Source of the DNA: a bacterium
GTDB taxonomy: Bacteria; UBA10199; 2-02-FULL-50-16; JAJFLM01
Direction of reading: 5' to 3'
Assembly: GCA_965216315.1 (NCBI GenBank)
Contig: CBDCFN010000016.1
Coordinates: 512,001-576,000, forward strand
DNA: 64,000 nucleotides
Part shown: piece by piece, positions 15,408 through 27,366 of the stretch
Layout: the number at the start of each line of letters is the position of its first letter
Numbering within the stretch: the first letter of the stretch is position 1
Program-made: the position numbers and the translations under genes
Notes under the pieces: model-generated
The model's input: the letters and a program-made list of their open reading frames with translations, nothing else
Told to the model about the DNA's origin: nothing
Database searches by the model: none

Positions 15408-15674
15408 ATGCCGCGATCGCTAAAGAAAGGCCCGTTTGTCGATGACCATTTGGCGAAAAAAGTTCAGAAGGCCCAAGAAGATCAGTCTAAAAAAGTCATT
15501 AAGACTTGGTCGCGGCGCTCGACGGTAACGCCTGATTTTGTTGGTTTGACGTTAGCCGTGCACAATGGCCGCAAATTTGTTCCGGTGTTTGTAACTGAAA
15601 ATATGGTTGGTCATAAACTAGGTGAATTTGCTCCGACGCGTACTTTTAAGTCGCATGTGGGTGGACGGAAGTAA
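15408..15674 (+). CDS. rpsS: 30S ribosomal protein S19
   Basis: [23 protein letters not shown]. Confidence 0.99.
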   Translation: MPRSLKKGPFVDDHLAKKVQKAQEDQSKKVIKTWSRRSTVTPDFVGLTLAVHNGRKFVPVFVTENMVGHKLGEFAPTRTFKSHVGGRK

Positions 15675-15682
15675 GTATTATT

Positions 15683-16021
15683 ATGGAAGTAAAGGCGAAA
15701 TTAAGGCATTTGCGAATGGGACCGCGCAAGATTCGGTTGATAGCTGACGTTGTCAAAGGGCAGCCTGTTCAAGTAGCTCTTGATAATTTGCGTTACATGA
15801 GCCGTACTGCAGCACGCCCACTCTACAAGCTGATTCGTTCTGCTGTCAGCAATGCCGATCAAAAAGAAGGTGTTGATGTGGATACACTCTTCATTAAAAC
15901 GATAATGGTGGATCAAGGGCCTACTATGAAGCGGTGGTTACCCAGAGCGCGTGGTCGTGCCAATAGAATTTTAAAACGGACATCACATGTCACTGTGGTT
16001 CTGGATGAGAGGCAAGGTTAA
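15683..16021 (+). CDS. rplV: 50S ribosomal protein L22
   Basis: [20 protein letters not shown]. Confidence 0.98.
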   Translation: MEVKAKLRHLRMGPRKIRLIADVVKGQPVQVALDNLRYMSRTAARPLYKLIRSAVSNADQKEGVDVDTLFIKTIMVDQGPTMKRWLPRARGRANRILKRTSHVTVVLDERQG

Positions 16022-16026
16022 GAGGT

Positions 16027-16692
16027 ATGGGACAGAAAACACATCCAATCGGATTTCGCTTAGGTGTGACCAAGCAGCCTATGTCGCGTTGGTATTCACA
16101 GCTGAAGTATGCTGACTTTCTTCATGAAGATATTTTTGTTCGCGAGTACGTGAAGAAGCAGCTTTATCATGCAGGAATTAGCAAGGTTGGATTAGAGCGG
16201 GCGGGGGAGAATCTCAAGATCCAGGTTCACACAGCACGGCCCGGGCTTGTGATTGGAAAAAAAGGAACAGGCATTGATTCGCTGCGTGAAGACCTGAGGA
16301 AAAAACTAGGTCGAGACGTAACGATCAATATTCATGAAGTTCGCAAGCCTGAGTTAGATGCCCAGCTGGTCGCCGAGAATATCGCATTGCAGCTGGAGCG
16401 GCGTGTGGCCTTTAGACGTGCAATGAAGAAGGCTGTTGCTTCTGCCTGTAAGTTTGGAGCGAAAGGCATCAAGGTAATGTGTGCCGGACGGCTCGGCGGC
16501 GCTGAAATTGCGAGAACAGAATGGTACCGCGAGGGGCGTGTGCCTTTGCATACGCTTCGTTCGGACGTGGACTATGGAGTTGCGGAGGCGATGACAACCT
16601 ACGGCAAGATAGGTGTGAAAACATGGGTCTATCGAGGGGAAATTCTCGACATCTCCAATGCTGAGAAGGCCGCTGATAAGGGGGCAAATTAG
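16027..16692 (+). CDS. rpsC: 30S ribosomal protein S3
   Basis: [22 protein letters not shown]. Confidence 0.99.
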   Translation: MGQKTHPIGFRLGVTKQPMSRWYSQLKYADFLHEDIFVREYVKKQLYHAGISKVGLERAGENLKIQVHTARPGLVIGKKGTGIDSLREDLRKKLGRDVTINIHEVRKPELDAQLVAENIALQLERRVAFRRAMKKAVASACKFGAKGIKVMCAGRLGGAEIARTEWYREGRVPLHTLRSDVDYGVAEAMTTYGKIGVKTWVYRGEILDISNAEKAADKGAN

Positions 16693-16694
16693 CT

Positions 16695-17117
16695 ATGTTA
16701 ATGCCGTCACGCACTAAATACAGGAAGCGACATAAAGGGCGCATATATGGTCGCGCCCTTAGAGGGTGTAATTTGAGCTTTGGAGAATATGGTTTGCAAG
16801 CGGTTGGTCGCGGCTATTTGACATCACGTCAGATTGAAGCGGCTCGAATTGCAATGACACGTATGATCAAGCGCGGTGGAAAAATATGGATTAGAATTTT
16901 TCCTGATAAGCCAATTACAAAAAAGCCGGCAGAAACACGTATGGGTAAAGGTAAGGGGTCGGTTGAGGGCTGGTGTGCCGTTATAAAGCCAGGTCGAATG
17001 CTCTATGAAATGGAAGGTGTGCCTGAAGAACTGGCTCGAAAAGCTCTTTTGTTGGCTGCGCATAAATTACCGATAAGAACGCAAGTGATCACGAGGAGTA
17101 ATCACCGTGACGCCTAA
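16695..17117 (+). CDS. rplP: 50S ribosomal protein L16
   Basis: [12 protein letters not shown]. Confidence 0.99.
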   Translation: MLMPSRTKYRKRHKGRIYGRALRGCNLSFGEYGLQAVGRGYLTSRQIEAARIAMTRMIKRGGKIWIRIFPDKPITKKPAETRMGKGKGSVEGWCAVIKPGRMLYEMEGVPEELARKALLLAAHKLPIRTQVITRSNHRDA

Positions 17118-17316
17118 AGAATTGCGAGCAAAAAAAGATAAAGAGGTTAATGCGTTCATGGAAAAGTGGGCTGCTGAATTAGCCGTTTTGAAAATTCAAG
17201 CATCGGTAGGGCAGTGCCAAAAATCAGCAGATATTCCGAAGCTACGGCGAAACATTGCTCGTGCAAAAACGATATTGAATGAAAGGATTTTAAAGGATGC
17301 CGGAAGCGACAGCTAA
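17107..17316 (+). CDS. rpmC: 50S ribosomal protein L29 (GTG start)
   Basis: KELR...[14 protein letters not shown]; position between rplP and rpsQ. Confidence 0.93.
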   Translation: MTPKELRAKKDKEVNAFMEKWAAELAVLKIQASVGQCQKSADIPKLRRNIARAKTILNERILKDAGSDS

Positions 17317-17584
17317 GCAGCGCCGTTACAGCAAGACACGGATTGGAATCGTGACGGGAGATAAGATGGACAAAACGGTTACCGTGTCGGTTCAACGCGC
17401 CATGAAGCATCGAGATTTTCATAAATCGATTCGCCGGCAGAAGGCGATTAAAGCTCATGATGAAAAAAATGAATGTCGCGTCGGTGATCGTGTGCAAATA
17501 GTTGAGACGCGACCGATCTCAAAAAATAAGTGCTGGCGAGTTCAAAAGGTTCTGGAAAAAGCAGCTCAAGAGGTAAATGCGTAA
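17297..17584 (+). CDS. rpsQ: 30S ribosomal protein S17
   Basis: DKMDKTVTV, ETRPISKNKCW. Confidence 0.98.
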   Translation: MPEATAKQRRYSKTRIGIVTGDKMDKTVTVSVQRAMKHRDFHKSIRRQKAIKAHDEKNECRVGDRVQIVETRPISKNKCWRVQKVLEKAAQEVNA

Positions 17585-17953
17585 ATGATTCAGCAGCAGT
17601 CAATATGTGAAGCCGCAGATAATTCAGGCGCGAGGCGCGTGATGTGTATTCGTGTGCTCGGTGGAACGCGTCGTCGTTATGCGAGCCTTGGCGATATTAT
17701 AGTCGTTTCGATAAAAGAAGCCTTGCCGAACTCGAAGGTGAAAAAAGGCGATGTCAAGAAAGCGGTGATCGTGAGGACGGCTAAGGAAGTGCGTCGTATC
17801 GATGGGAGTTATATTAAGTTTGATAAGAATGCCGTTGTTTTAATCAATGACGCGAAAGAGCCGATTGGGACCCGCATATTTGGGCCGGTGGCTCGCGAGT
17901 TGAGGGCCAAGAATTTCATGAAGATCATCTCACTGGCTCCGGAGGTTCTATGA
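17585..17953 (+). CDS. rplN: 50S ribosomal protein L14
   Basis: [20 protein letters not shown]. Confidence 0.99.
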   Translation: MIQQQSICEAADNSGARRVMCIRVLGGTRRRYASLGDIIVVSIKEALPNSKVKKGDVKKAVIVRTAKEVRRIDGSYIKFDKNAVVLINDAKEPIGTRIFGPVARELRAKNFMKIISLAPEVL

Positions 17954-18261
17954 TTCGTAAGGGTGACACAGTGATGGTGATCGCGGGAAAAGAGAAGGGC
18001 AAGACGGGTAAAGTTCTTCGTGTTGACCCTGTCCGTGAGCGTGCCGTCGTTGAAAAGCTAAATATGGTGAAGCGTCATATGCGCCCGAATCAACAGATGA
18101 AGCAAGGCGGTATCATCGATAAGGAGTCCTCGATTCATGTCTCCAATTTGATGCTTTATTGTCAAAAAACGCAGAAGCCCTCAAGGGTTCGTATTGGCAA
18201 GGATAAGAAGGGTAAAAAAGTCCGCGTGTTGATTCGCTCGGGTGAACAATTGAATTCTTAA
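17950..18261 (+). CDS. rplX: 50S ribosomal protein L24
   Basis: KOW motif [18 protein letters not shown]. Confidence 0.98.
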   Translation: MIRKGDTVMVIAGKEKGKTGKVLRVDPVRERAVVEKLNMVKRHMRPNQQMKQGGIIDKESSIHVSNLMLYCQKTQKPSRVRIGKDKKGKKVRVLIRSGEQLNS

Positions 18262-18265
18262 GAGT

Positions 18266-18805
18266 ATGTTATATTCAGAATTTTACAAAGAAAAGTGTGT
18301 TTCTAAACTGCAGGAGCAGTTTAAATACACCAATGTAATGCAAATCCCACGCTTGAATAAGATCTCTATCTCAAGTTGTCGTAAAGAGGCTGTTCAGGAT
18401 TCAAAGATTCTCGAGCGAGTATCTGAAGAGCTGGGGCTGATTACGGGGCAGAAGCCAGTGGTAAGACGCGCACGTAAATCGATAGCGGGATTTAAGTTGC
18501 GTGAAGGGATGCCTATTGCCTGTTCCGTAACATTGCGTGGTTTGAAAATGTATGAATTTTTTAATCGCCTCGTGAACGTGGCACTGCCGCGAACGCGTGA
18601 TTTTAGGGGCGTTTCAAGGCACGGTTTTGACGGGCACGGGAATTATAGCATGGGTGTGCGCGAGCAGATTATTTTTCCGGAAATTCCCTATGAAAAGGTC
18701 GATCAAGTGAGGGGATTTAATATTACAGTTGTAACAACCGCGAAGACGGATGAAGAGGGCCTCGCATTGTTAAAGTTGATGGGGATGCCCTTCAGAGAAA
18801 GGTAG
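18266..18805 (+). CDS. rplE: 50S ribosomal protein L5
   Basis: [24 protein letters not shown]. Confidence 0.99.
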   Translation: MLYSEFYKEKCVSKLQEQFKYTNVMQIPRLNKISISSCRKEAVQDSKILERVSEELGLITGQKPVVRRARKSIAGFKLREGMPIACSVTLRGLKMYEFFNRLVNVALPRTRDFRGVSRHGFDGHGNYSMGVREQIIFPEIPYEKVDQVRGFNITVVTTAKTDEEGLALLKLMGMPFRER

Positions 18806-18813
18806 TCAAAAGG

Positions 18814-18999
18814 ATGGCAAGGAAATCATTAATCGCCAAGGCAAAGCGGCCAAGGAAATATAAGGTGCGCGAGTATAATCGTTGCCCCCTGTGTGGTCGG
18901 CCGCGCGCATTCATTAGGCGCTTTAAAATGTGTCGTCTTTGTTTTCGGTTGCGGGCGTTGAGGGGAGAATTTCCAGGCGTCGTCAAGGCTAGTTGGTGA
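18814..18999 (+). CDS. rpsN: 30S ribosomal protein S14, short Zn-binding type
   Basis: 61 aa, CPLC...CRLC. Confidence 0.98.
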   Translation: MARKSLIAKAKRPRKYKVREYNRCPLCGRPRAFIRRFKMCRLCFRLRALRGEFPGVVKASW

Positions 19000-19009
19000 G
19001 GAATTTATT

Positions 19010-19408
19010 ATGAGTATGAGCGACCCCATTGCTGATTTGTTGACGCGGCTAAGAAATGCTTCGCGGGCTGGACAGGAAACAACAACTGTACCTTATTCGA
19101 GCTTCAAGGAAAATATTCTGCGAGTCATAGGTGAAGTTGGTTTTATAAAGAATGTTGAGGTTATCGGTGAGAAAGCGCGCAAACAGCTCGTTGTGACGCT
19201 TCGCTATGTTGGTTACAAGGACCCGGTCATTACTGGATTGAAAAGAGTCAGTAAGCCGGGACGGCGGGTCTATCGCGGTTCAAAAGATCTAGCCGATTTA
19301 AAACCAGGGATGGGTTCAGTGCTGTTGTCGACGCCGCAAGGTGTGATGACGGATGATCAGGCGCGTACTGCCGGGGTTGGCGGTGAAGTGCTCTGTCAGA
19401 TTTGGTAG
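19010..19408 (+). CDS. rpsH: 30S ribosomal protein S8
   Basis: DPIADLLTRLRNA, SKPGRRVY, GGEVLCQIW. Confidence 0.99.
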   Translation: MSMSDPIADLLTRLRNASRAGQETTTVPYSSFKENILRVIGEVGFIKNVEVIGEKARKQLVVTLRYVGYKDPVITGLKRVSKPGRRVYRGSKDLADLKPGMGSVLLSTPQGVMTDDQARTAGVGGEVLCQIW

Positions 19409-19423
19409 ATTGGAGTCTATGTA

Positions 19424-19960
19424 GTGTCACGCATTGGTAAGGCACCTATAAAACTTCCGGATAAAGTCACGGTTAACGTGAATGATGGAGTCGTGGCGGT
19501 TAAGGGGCCGAAAGGAAATTTAGAATTGGCGCTGCCTCAGCTTGTGCAAATTGCTATCAAGGATGGGGAGGTTCAAGTGACGCGGACTTCCGATAGCAAG
19601 GCAGGGCGCTCACGGCATGGCTTAGTACGCAATTTGGTGAATAATATGATAGTTGGCGTGTCTGAAGGTTATGCGAGAAAGTTAGAGATTAATGGCGTCG
19701 GTTATCGGGCAGAAGTCAAGGGGAAGGATCTTGTTTTAAGCTTAGGGTTCTCTCATCCGGTAAATTTTAGTATTCCGGAGGGCGTAACGATTAAGGTTAA
19801 TAAACAGACAGAATTGCTTCTTGAGGGGATTGATAAACAGCTACTTGGTGAAACCGCAGCACGTATTCGTAAAGTGAGGCCCCCGGAGCCCTATAAAGGT
19901 AAAGGCGTTAAATATGCCGAAGAAGTTATTCAGCGTAAGGCCGGTAAGACCGCTGTATAG
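19424..19960 (+). CDS. rplF: 50S ribosomal protein L6 (GTG start)
   Basis: SRIGKAPI, PEPYKGKGVKY. Confidence 0.99.
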   Translation: MSRIGKAPIKLPDKVTVNVNDGVVAVKGPKGNLELALPQLVQIAIKDGEVQVTRTSDSKAGRSRHGLVRNLVNNMIVGVSEGYARKLEINGVGYRAEVKGKDLVLSLGFSHPVNFSIPEGVTIKVNKQTELLLEGIDKQLLGETAARIRKVRPPEPYKGKGVKYAEEVIQRKAGKTAV

Positions 19961-19983
19961 TATTTGTTAGGAGTCGATACAAA

Positions 19984-20343
19984 ATGGCATTTAATAGACA
20001 GAAGGCGCGTCAGAGACGACATAAAAGAATACGCAAGAAAATGGCCGGAAGTGCGGAGTGCCCGCGTTTTTGCGTTACGAAGAGTCTGAATCATCTAACC
20101 GTTCAGTTGATTGATGATGATAGCGGCCGTACTTTAGTTGGGCTTTCCACGACGTCGGCTGCGTTGCGTGATCAGGTTAAGCGAGGCAATAAAGAGGGGG
20201 CTCAGGTGCTTGGTAAGATGGTGGCGGAGAAGGCCAAAGCAGCAAAAATTGAGCGTGTCATCTTCGATCGCGGAGGGTCGATTTATCATGGTCGTGTTCG
20301 AATGCTGGCAGATGCAGCGCGTGAGGCGGGTCTTAAGTTCTAA
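19984..20343 (+). CDS. rplR: 50S ribosomal protein L18
   Basis: [12 protein letters not shown]...AREAGLKF. Confidence 0.98.
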   Translation: MAFNRQKARQRRHKRIRKKMAGSAECPRFCVTKSLNHLTVQLIDDDSGRTLVGLSTTSAALRDQVKRGNKEGAQVLGKMVAEKAKAAKIERVIFDRGGSIYHGRVRMLADAAREAGLKF

Positions 20344-20357
20344 AAAAGTAGGGAATT

Positions 20358-20879
20358 ATGGCAAGACGTGAGAAAGTAAAAAAAGAATTTGAAGAGAAGA
20401 TAGTCCATATTAGCCGTGTTGCAAAGGTGGTCAAAGGTGGACGTCGGTTTAGCTTTTCAGCGCTTGTAGTGGTTGGTGATAGTAAGGGACGCGTTGGTAC
20501 AGGCTTGGGTAAAGCCAAGGAAGTCCCAGAAGCGATACGTAAGGCGATTGAGCGGGCTGAAAAGAGTCTGATAAATGTTCCGTTAGTCGAGAACCGAACT
20601 TTGCCTCACGCGGTTATTGGGCGTTTTGGGGCCGCGCAGGTTGTTATTCGCCCCGCATCGCCGGGAACCGGTGTCATTGCAGGGGGTGCGGTGCGAGCCG
20701 TTATGGAATCAGCCGGTGTTCATGATGTTCTGACTAAGGTAATTGGAACGAATAATCCCCATAATGTCGTTAAGGCGACCATGCAAGGCCTCATATTGCT
20801 GAAAAATGCAGAAGATTACCAAAAGCGCCTTCAAGTCATGGGGGCCAAGGAAGAAGAAACGAGCGCGGCAAGCGCATAG
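20358..20879 (+). CDS. rpsE: 30S ribosomal protein S5
   Basis: [22 protein letters not shown]. Confidence 0.99.
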   Translation: MARREKVKKEFEEKIVHISRVAKVVKGGRRFSFSALVVVGDSKGRVGTGLGKAKEVPEAIRKAIERAEKSLINVPLVENRTLPHAVIGRFGAAQVVIRPASPGTGVIAGGAVRAVMESAGVHDVLTKVIGTNNPHNVVKATMQGLILLKNAEDYQKRLQVMGAKEEETSAASA

Positions 20880-20888
20880 GGTGTTAAA

Positions 20889-21335
20889 ATGGATTTAAGG
20901 GATTTTAAGCCAGCAAAAGCAGCGCGCCATAGCAAGAGGCGTGTTGGTCGTGGTAATGGTTCGGGGCGGGGCGGTACTGCGGGCAAAGGACATAAGGGGC
21001 AGAAAGCACGCTCAGGAGGCAAGACGATCCGCGGCTTTGAGGGCGGGCAGATGGCCTTGGCCAGGCGCATCCCAAAGTGGGGATTTACCAATATTTTTAA
21101 GAAGCAATATGTCATCTGCAATGTAGGCGACTTAAATAAATTTAAAGATGGCGAAGTCGTTGATCAGGCACTCTTGCTAAAGCAAGGGATGATACGTAAA
21201 GCGGGGAATCCGCTCAAAGTGCTTGGTGACGGTGAGTTGAAAAGTAAGATTACAGTGAAGGCGCAGCGTTTTACACGATCTGCTGAAGAAAAAATTAAGG
21301 CAGCTGGCGGACAAGTGGAAGTCATTCAAAAGTGA
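20889..21335 (+). CDS. rplO: 50S ribosomal protein L15
   Basis: GRGNGSG, GFEGGQM. Confidence 0.98.
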   Translation: MDLRDFKPAKAARHSKRRVGRGNGSGRGGTAGKGHKGQKARSGGKTIRGFEGGQMALARRIPKWGFTNIFKKQYVICNVGDLNKFKDGEVVDQALLLKQGMIRKAGNPLKVLGDGELKSKITVKAQRFTRSAEEKIKAAGGQVEVIQK

Positions 21336-21345
21336 CGAATTAAAG

Positions 21346-22650
21346 ATGGCCAGTAGCGTAGCGAACATTGCGAAACTTCCAGAGCTTAGAAAGCGGATAC
21401 TGTTTACCATCGCTTTGCTTGGTGTCTATCGAATAGGAATTTTTGTTCCGACGCCGGGTGTTAACGCCGATGCGCTTCAAAAGATTATCGGTGGCGGTAC
21501 GATCTTTGAAATTTTTAACATGTTCTCAGGTGGAGCGCTTAATCAGTTCTCTGTCTTTGCTCTGGGAATCATGCCTTATATCAGCGCATCAATTATCTTG
21601 CAGTTGTTGACAGTTGTTGTGCCGACTTTGGAGCGTTTGAAAAAGGAAGGTGAGCAGGGGCAGCGGAAGATAACTCAATATACTCGTTATAGTACGGTTG
21701 TATTGGCGCTGGTTCAAGGCTTTGGGATTAGCATGGGCCTTGAACAGCAAGGTGTGCTCCTGCCGGGAGCGGGTGGAATTACTTTCTACCTGACGACGGC
21801 ACTGACGCTGACGGCCGGTACTTGCTTTTTGATGTGGCTGGGAGAGCAGATTTCAGAGCGAGGCATTGGTAATGGGATTAGTCTGATCATCTTTGCCGGT
21901 ATTGTTGCGCAAGTTCCGGCTGGTTTTCGAGATGCTTGGACGACTAAAGACCAGTTTGGTGGTCTCTTTGGTTTTCTGTTGCTGACCGCGTTTATTGCAT
22001 TGATCATCGGTATTATTATCTTCTTCGAGCGGGCGCATCGAAGGATTCCGATTCAGTATGCAAAAAAAGTTGTAGGCCGAAAGCTTTATGGAGGAACCTC
22101 AACGCATTTGCCTTTAAAGATTAATATGTCGGGGGTGATTCCGCCGATCTTTGCTTCGTCGTTGATGCTGTTTCCTGCGACGATCGCACAATTTGTTCAG
22201 ACCGAGCGATTGCAGAATTTAGCCGGTTTATTGAGTTTTGGTTGGTTGCATCTTGGCCTGTATGTTGTGCTGATCGTCTTTTTCACCTTTTTCTATACGG
22301 CGGTTACTTTTAACCCGACCGATGTTGCCGAAAATATTAGGAAACAGGGGGGATTTATTCCGGGCATACGGCCAGGACAGGCGACGGCGGATTATATTGA
22401 CCGCATTTTGTCGCGTTTAACGACGGGGGGCGCTGTTTATTTGTCTCTCGTTTGTGTGTTGCCGGAGGTATTGATTACGCAGTTTGGGATCCCGGTCTCT
22501 TTGGCGTCAACATTTGGTGGAACGGCGCTTTTGATTATCGTCGGCGTGGCGATGGATACGTTGGCCCAGATGGAAGCGCATCTCATGAGCCGTCAGTATG
22601 ACGGTCTCATGGGGAAACAAGGCGGGCGGTTCAGGGGCAGGAAAGGATAA
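21346..22650 (+). CDS. secY: Preprotein translocase subunit SecY
   Basis: [32 protein letters not shown]. Confidence 0.99.
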   Translation: MASSVANIAKLPELRKRILFTIALLGVYRIGIFVPTPGVNADALQKIIGGGTIFEIFNMFSGGALNQFSVFALGIMPYISASIILQLLTVVVPTLERLKKEGEQGQRKITQYTRYSTVVLALVQGFGISMGLEQQGVLLPGAGGITFYLTTALTLTAGTCFLMWLGEQISERGIGNGISLIIFAGIVAQVPAGFRDAWTTKDQFGGLFGFLLLTAFIALIIGIIIFFERAHRRIPIQYAKKVVGRKLYGGTSTHLPLKINMSGVIPPIFASSLMLFPATIAQFVQTERLQNLAGLLSFGWLHLGLYVVLIVFFTFFYTAVTFNPTDVAENIRKQGGFIPGIRPGQATADYIDRILSRLTTGGAVYLSLVCVLPEVLITQFGIPVSLASTFGGTALLIIVGVAMDTLAQMEAHLMSRQYDGLMGKQGGRFRGRKG

Positions 22651-22653
22651 GCG

Positions 22654-23238
22654 ATGATGCGGCTTATAATGTTAGGCCCTCCCGGTGCTGGCAAAGGGAC
22701 GCAGGCGGAGCGGCTGGTCGAGCATTTGGGGATTCCGCAGATATCGACCGGCGAAATGTTACGGCAAGCGCGTGAGCAACAGACGGACCTCGGTAAGCAA
22801 GCTGAGAGTTATATGGTTTCCGGGGCGCTGGTGCCGGATGAGATTGTTATTGGCATCGTAAAAGAGCGGCTGCAGCAGAATGACTGCCGCACGGGTTATA
22901 TATTGGATGGCTTCCCTCGTTCCGTTGAACAGGCTAAAGCGCTTGATTCAACGCTGCAGGCACGTAAAGAGGCCATAACGGCGGTTGTTAGCTTACAAGT
23001 GCCCGAAGAAGAGTTGATTAAGCGGCTATTGAGCCGCAAACGAGAGGATGATAACGAAGAGGTTATCAGGGAGCGCCTTAAGGTTTATTCGCAACAAACC
23101 GAGCCCTTGATCGATTATTATCGTTCCCATGGGATTCTCAAGGAAGTTGATGGGACCGGGACGATGGAGCAGATCTTTGATAGAGTAGTGGAGGCTCTCC
23201 CCATAGGTGGGACGCCGACTCAGGTAAATACAGGTTAA
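22654..23238 (+). CDS. adk: Adenylate kinase, short-LID type
   Basis: GPPGAGKGTQ, LDGFPR; LID reduced to RKREDD. Confidence 0.98.
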   Translation: MMRLIMLGPPGAGKGTQAERLVEHLGIPQISTGEMLRQAREQQTDLGKQAESYMVSGALVPDEIVIGIVKERLQQNDCRTGYILDGFPRSVEQAKALDSTLQARKEAITAVVSLQVPEEELIKRLLSRKREDDNEEVIRERLKVYSQQTEPLIDYYRSHGILKEVDGTGTMEQIFDRVVEALPIGGTPTQVNTG

Positions 23239-23244
23239 AGCACA

Positions 23245-23991
23245 ATGGTGATATTGAAGACGCCGGAAGAGGTCGAGAAGATCGCAGTGGCGGCTAATAT
23301 TGTGTTTCAAACGCTGAGTGCACTTGAGGAAAAGGTGCAGCCGGGAGTGACCCTGCGAGAGCTTGATCAGCTTGCCGAGGAGATTATTTTAAAGGAAGGC
23401 GCGATGCCGGCCTTTAAGGGATATCGCGGCTTTAAAGCGACGCTGTGTACCTCCGTTAATGAAGAGGTCGTGCATGGGATTCCGTCAGATCGGCCGCTAA
23501 AAGAAGGCGATATAGTCGGAATTGACTGTGGTGCGATTCGCGATGGTTTTTATGGAGATGCCGCTCGTACCTTTCCGGTTGGTAAGGTGAGTGAGGAAGC
23601 GACTCAGTTAATTGCAACGACGGCGGAGAGTTTGAATCGAGCGATTGAACAGATGCAGGTTGGAAATCGCTTGCACGATATCTCCTATGCGGTTCAGGAA
23701 TATGCGGAAAGCTGCGGATTTTCTGTGGTTCGTGATTTTGTTGGACATGGAATCGGACGGGATCTTCATGAAGAACCACCGGTTCCCAATTTTGGAAAGA
23801 AGAACACGGGGATTAAGTTGGAAGCAGGGCTGGTATTAGCAATTGAACCCATGGTTAATGTTGGGACCCAAGACGTTAGGTTGCTGGATGATGGTTGGAC
23901 AGTCGTAACTCTAGATGGCAAGCTCTCGGCCCATTTTGAGGACACTATTGCGATTACAGACAATGGGCCAAGGATATTGAGTAGAGGATAA
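23245..23991 (+). CDS. map: Methionine aminopeptidase type I
   Basis: [26 protein letters not shown]. Confidence 0.98.
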   Translation: MVILKTPEEVEKIAVAANIVFQTLSALEEKVQPGVTLRELDQLAEEIILKEGAMPAFKGYRGFKATLCTSVNEEVVHGIPSDRPLKEGDIVGIDCGAIRDGFYGDAARTFPVGKVSEEATQLIATTAESLNRAIEQMQVGNRLHDISYAVQEYAESCGFSVVRDFVGHGIGRDLHEEPPVPNFGKKNTGIKLEAGLVLAIEPMVNVGTQDVRLLDDGWTVVTLDGKLSAHFEDTIAITDNGPRILSRG

Positions 23992-24004
23992 GCGAGGTAA
24001 GACT

Positions 24005-24118
24005 ATGAAGGTAAGATCATCAGTAAAGAAAATTTGTGATAAATGTAAGGTAATTCGCCGCAAAGGCGTTGTGCGGGTAATTTGTTCAAACCCGAAGCAT
24101 AAGCAAAAACAAGGTTAA
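24005..24118 (+). CDS. rpmJ: 50S ribosomal protein L36 (absent from ORF track)
   Basis: Hand translation [44 protein letters not shown]. Confidence 0.98.
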   Translation: MKVRSSVKKICDKCKVIRRKGVVRVICSNPKHKQKQG

Positions 24119-24138
24119 ATGAACGGAGTAATGAGAAT

Positions 24139-24525
24139 ATGCCACGTATAGCCGGTGTTGACATTCCAGCAAGAAAGCGAATTGTTATCTCGCTGACCTA
24201 TATTTATGGGATTGGCCGTGACACTGCGGATGATATTCTCCGTAAGGCGCAGATCGATTCGAGTACACGTGCAGAGGCGCTTTCGGACGCAGAGCTTGCA
24301 AGAATACGCGAAGTCATTGAGAACGATTATAAGGTCGAAGGAGATCTGCGTCGCGATGTAAAACAGGATATTAAGCGATTGGTGGATTTATCAGCCTACC
24401 GCGGAATTCGACATAGGAGTAATTTGCCCGTCCGTGGTCAAAGGACGAGTACCAATGCGCGTACGCGCAAGGGAAAGAAACGTGTTGCTATCGCAGGCAA
24501 AAAGAAAGCGCCAACTGCGAAGTAG
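24139..24525 (+). CDS. rpsM: 30S ribosomal protein S13
   Basis: [25 protein letters not shown]. Confidence 0.99.
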   Translation: MPRIAGVDIPARKRIVISLTYIYGIGRDTADDILRKAQIDSSTRAEALSDAELARIREVIENDYKVEGDLRRDVKQDIKRLVDLSAYRGIRHRSNLPVRGQRTSTNARTRKGKKRVAIAGKKKAPTAK

Positions 24526-24541
24526 TTAAGGAACTATTTAT

Positions 24542-24976
24542 ATGGCTAAAAAAGACGAAACAGTATCGACTGAATTAGAAGCTCCCAAGGTTAAGCCTAA
24601 AAAGACTCGTAAGAAGAAGGGGCGCAAGAATGTCGCTATGGGTATTGCGCATATAAGAGCGACCTTTAATAATACAGCGATTACGATTACCGATACGGCT
24701 GGAAATGCTATTTCATGGAGTTCTGCCGGGGCGAGGGGGTTCCGTGGATCTCGTAAGGGGACACCTTTTGCGGCCCAAGTGGCTTCTGAAGATGCGGCGC
24801 GGAAGGCGATTGATCATGGTATGAAGTCAGTTTCTGTCTTAATTAAGGGCCCGGGAGCAGGTCGCGAATCGGCTTTGCGTGCCTTAGGGATCGCAGGTCT
24901 TCGCGTAACATTTATTCGCGATGTCACGCCTGTTCCACATAATGGGTGTCGACCGCCGAAACGGAGAAGGGTGTAG
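24542..24976 (+). CDS. rpsK: 30S ribosomal protein S11
   Basis: [24 protein letters not shown]. Confidence 0.99.
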   Translation: MAKKDETVSTELEAPKVKPKKTRKKKGRKNVAMGIAHIRATFNNTAITITDTAGNAISWSSAGARGFRGSRKGTPFAAQVASEDAARKAIDHGMKSVSVLIKGPGAGRESALRALGIAGLRVTFIRDVTPVPHNGCRPPKRRRV

Positions 24977-24978
24977 TT

Positions 24979-25608
24979 ATGGCGCGATATACAGATTCAG
25001 TTTGTCGTTTATGTCGTCGCGAAGGTGTTAAACTCTACCTTAAGGGGAATCGATGTTACACGGAGAAATGTGCAATCGAGAGGCGTCAATATGCTCCGGG
25101 GCAACATGGTCAACGGCGTCGTTCAAAGATTTCCGAATATTGTCTCCAGTTGCGAGAGAAGCAAAAAATTAAGCGCATCTATGGGTTACTTGAACGTCAA
25201 TTTAGAGGTTATTTCCGCAAGGCGGACCGCATGAAAGGGATTACAGGTGAAAACCTCCTGCTTTTTCTCGAGAGACGCCTTGATAATGTTGTCTATCGCA
25301 TGGGCTTTTGTGACTCACGGCAGGAGAGTCGACAGATGGTGTTGCATGGCCATTTTCAGGTGAACGGCAAAAAAGTAACGATACCATCTTACCTGGTTTC
25401 CAAAGGGGATGAAATTGTTGTGAAAGAGAAATCTCAAAAACTTCAACGGATTAATGAATCATTGGAATCAGTGGAGCGTCGCGGGATTCCCTTGTGGGTT
25501 GAACTGGAGAAGTCGAAATATTTGGGGCGCGTTAAGAGTTTTCCAACGCGCGAAGAATTGACTATGCCGATGCAAGAACAGCTGGTCGTCGAATTGTACT
25601 CAAGATAA
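24979..25608 (+). CDS. rpsD: 30S ribosomal protein S4 (start corrected to ATG 24979)
   Basis: [27 protein letters not shown]. Confidence 0.98.
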   Translation: MARYTDSVCRLCRREGVKLYLKGNRCYTEKCAIERRQYAPGQHGQRRRSKISEYCLQLREKQKIKRIYGLLERQFRGYFRKADRMKGITGENLLLFLERRLDNVVYRMGFCDSRQESRQMVLHGHFQVNGKKVTIPSYLVSKGDEIVVKEKSQKLQRINESLESVERRGIPLWVELEKSKYLGRVKSFPTREELTMPMQEQLVVELYSR

Positions 25609-25629
25609 TTTTTTATTTGGAGGTCCATT

Positions 25630-26640
25630 ATGTATGCAAATTGGAGAAACCTCATCCAGCCGAAAGGTGTCGAGTTTGATCAGGAAAGTAGCACGCCGAC
25701 GTATGGCAAGTTTATTGCTCGCCCTTTAGAGCGTGGTTTCGGAATCACCCTAGGGAATGCTTTGCGACGCATTCTCTTGTCCTCATTGCAGGGAGCTGCG
25801 ATTTCCAAAGTGAAATTTGAGGGTGTCTTGCATGAGTTTGGGGCGATCACCGGTGTCGCGGAAGACGTTTCGGATATTTTACTCAATCTAAAGCAAGTTC
25901 GAATGAGACTCCATTCCGAGACAGCCGATACGATGCGCTTAGTGGTCAAGGGTCCAATGGATGTGAAAGCCGAACATATTGAGACGGGTGAGAATATTAC
26001 TATTCTTAATCCCGAGCAACAGATTGCGACTTTGAATAAAGATGGGAAAATCGAGATGGAAATGACCGTTTCGATGGATAAGGGCTATGTGCCGGCAGAA
26101 CGGAATAAATCAGACGAGGATCCGGTCGGACTGATCTATCTTGATTCGAGCCATTCACCCGTGTCGCGGGTTAACTATAATGTGACGAATGCACGCGTCG
26201 GGCAGCAGACTGATTATGATCGTCTTACTATGGAGATCTGGACGGACGGAAGTGTTATGCCGGCGGATGCTTTGGCCTTTGCTGCTAAAATTCTCAAGGA
26301 GCAATTACAGATCTTCATTAATTTTGAAGAAGTTCCAGAACCGGTCGTTGAGGAGGTCCGTTTAGAAAAACCAGTTTATAATGAAAACTTGAGTCGAAAG
26401 GTTGATGAGTTGGAGCTTTCAGTTCGCTCAGCGAATTGTCTCCAGAATGCTCAAATTCGTTATATCGGTGAATTGTGTATGAAGACGGAAGCGGAAATCT
26501 TGAAGACGAAGAACTTTGGGCGTAAGTCTCTCAATGAAATTAAAGATATCTTGACGGAGATGGGTTTGAGTCTCGGTATGAAGGTCGATAATTGGGAAAT
26601 GCCGACGGAAGATCAAGAACCAGTCGAAGAGATTGAATAG
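25630..26640 (+). CDS. rpoA: RNA polymerase alpha subunit
   Basis: [31 protein letters not shown]. Confidence 0.99.
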   Translation: MYANWRNLIQPKGVEFDQESSTPTYGKFIARPLERGFGITLGNALRRILLSSLQGAAISKVKFEGVLHEFGAITGVAEDVSDILLNLKQVRMRLHSETADTMRLVVKGPMDVKAEHIETGENITILNPEQQIATLNKDGKIEMEMTVSMDKGYVPAERNKSDEDPVGLIYLDSSHSPVSRVNYNVTNARVGQQTDYDRLTMEIWTDGSVMPADALAFAAKILKEQLQIFINFEEVPEPVVEEVRLEKPVYNENLSRKVDELELSVRSANCLQNAQIRYIGELCMKTEAEILKTKNFGRKSLNEIKDILTEMGLSLGMKVDNWEMPTEDQEPVEEIE

Positions 26641-26649
26641 GATACTATA

Positions 26650-27252
26650 ATGCGACATCGAGTAGCTGGTAGAAAACTAGGCCGTACCATGGAGCATCGC
26701 CGTGCGATGCTCAGGAATATGGTGACATCGCTTATCTTGGAAGAGCGGATTGAAACGACGCTTCCTAAGGCCAAGGAGCTACGCCGTGTTGCCGATAGGA
26801 TGATTACGCTGGGCAAACGGGGAACCCTCCATGCGCGGCGTCAGGCCTTGTCCTATGTGCGCACGAATGATGCGGTTAAAAAACTTTTTGCCGAATTGGC
26901 AGGGCGTTTTTCGGAACGCAATGGGGGTTATACGCGTATCCTGAAACTAGGACAGCGTCGTGGGGATGCGGCGCCTATCGCTATCATTGAATATCTTGGG
27001 GCACCGATAAAGCCGCCGCGAGAAGAGCGCCGTCGCTTAAAGGCTGAAGCGCGCCGCCAAGCGGAGGCCGAGGCCAAAAAGGCCAAGCCGAAGAAGAAAA
27101 AGGCTAAGGCGGGAGACAAGGCGGTAAAGGCGACACCGGAGAAGAAGACCTCGGCTGCCAAGAAAGATGCGGCGGGTAAGGCCGCTCCCAAGAAAAAAGG
27201 CATGCTGGGGCGGGTGCTCAAGCGTAAGTCCCAGAAAACAGTAAAGAAATAG
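26650..27252 (+). CDS. rplQ: 50S ribosomal protein L17 with long Lys/Ala-rich tail
   Basis: [22 protein letters not shown]. Confidence 0.98.
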   Translation: MRHRVAGRKLGRTMEHRRAMLRNMVTSLILEERIETTLPKAKELRRVADRMITLGKRGTLHARRQALSYVRTNDAVKKLFAELAGRFSERNGGYTRILKLGQRRGDAAPIAIIEYLGAPIKPPREERRRLKAEARRQAEAEAKKAKPKKKKAKAGDKAVKATPEKKTSAAKKDAAGKAAPKKKGMLGRVLKRKSQKTVKK

Positions 27253-27366
27253 GGCTGATCTTTATTAGCTTTCCATTAGCGGGGGCCTTGCGTATACTTT
27301 TTCTCTATCGCGTTTCTTACCCCCTAAGATAGTGCTAATCAGACCAACCATGTGAAGGAGGGAATC

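Noticed and set aside
23992..24004. Absence of infA between map and rpmJ
   Set aside because: infA is often located elsewhere; not evidence of loss
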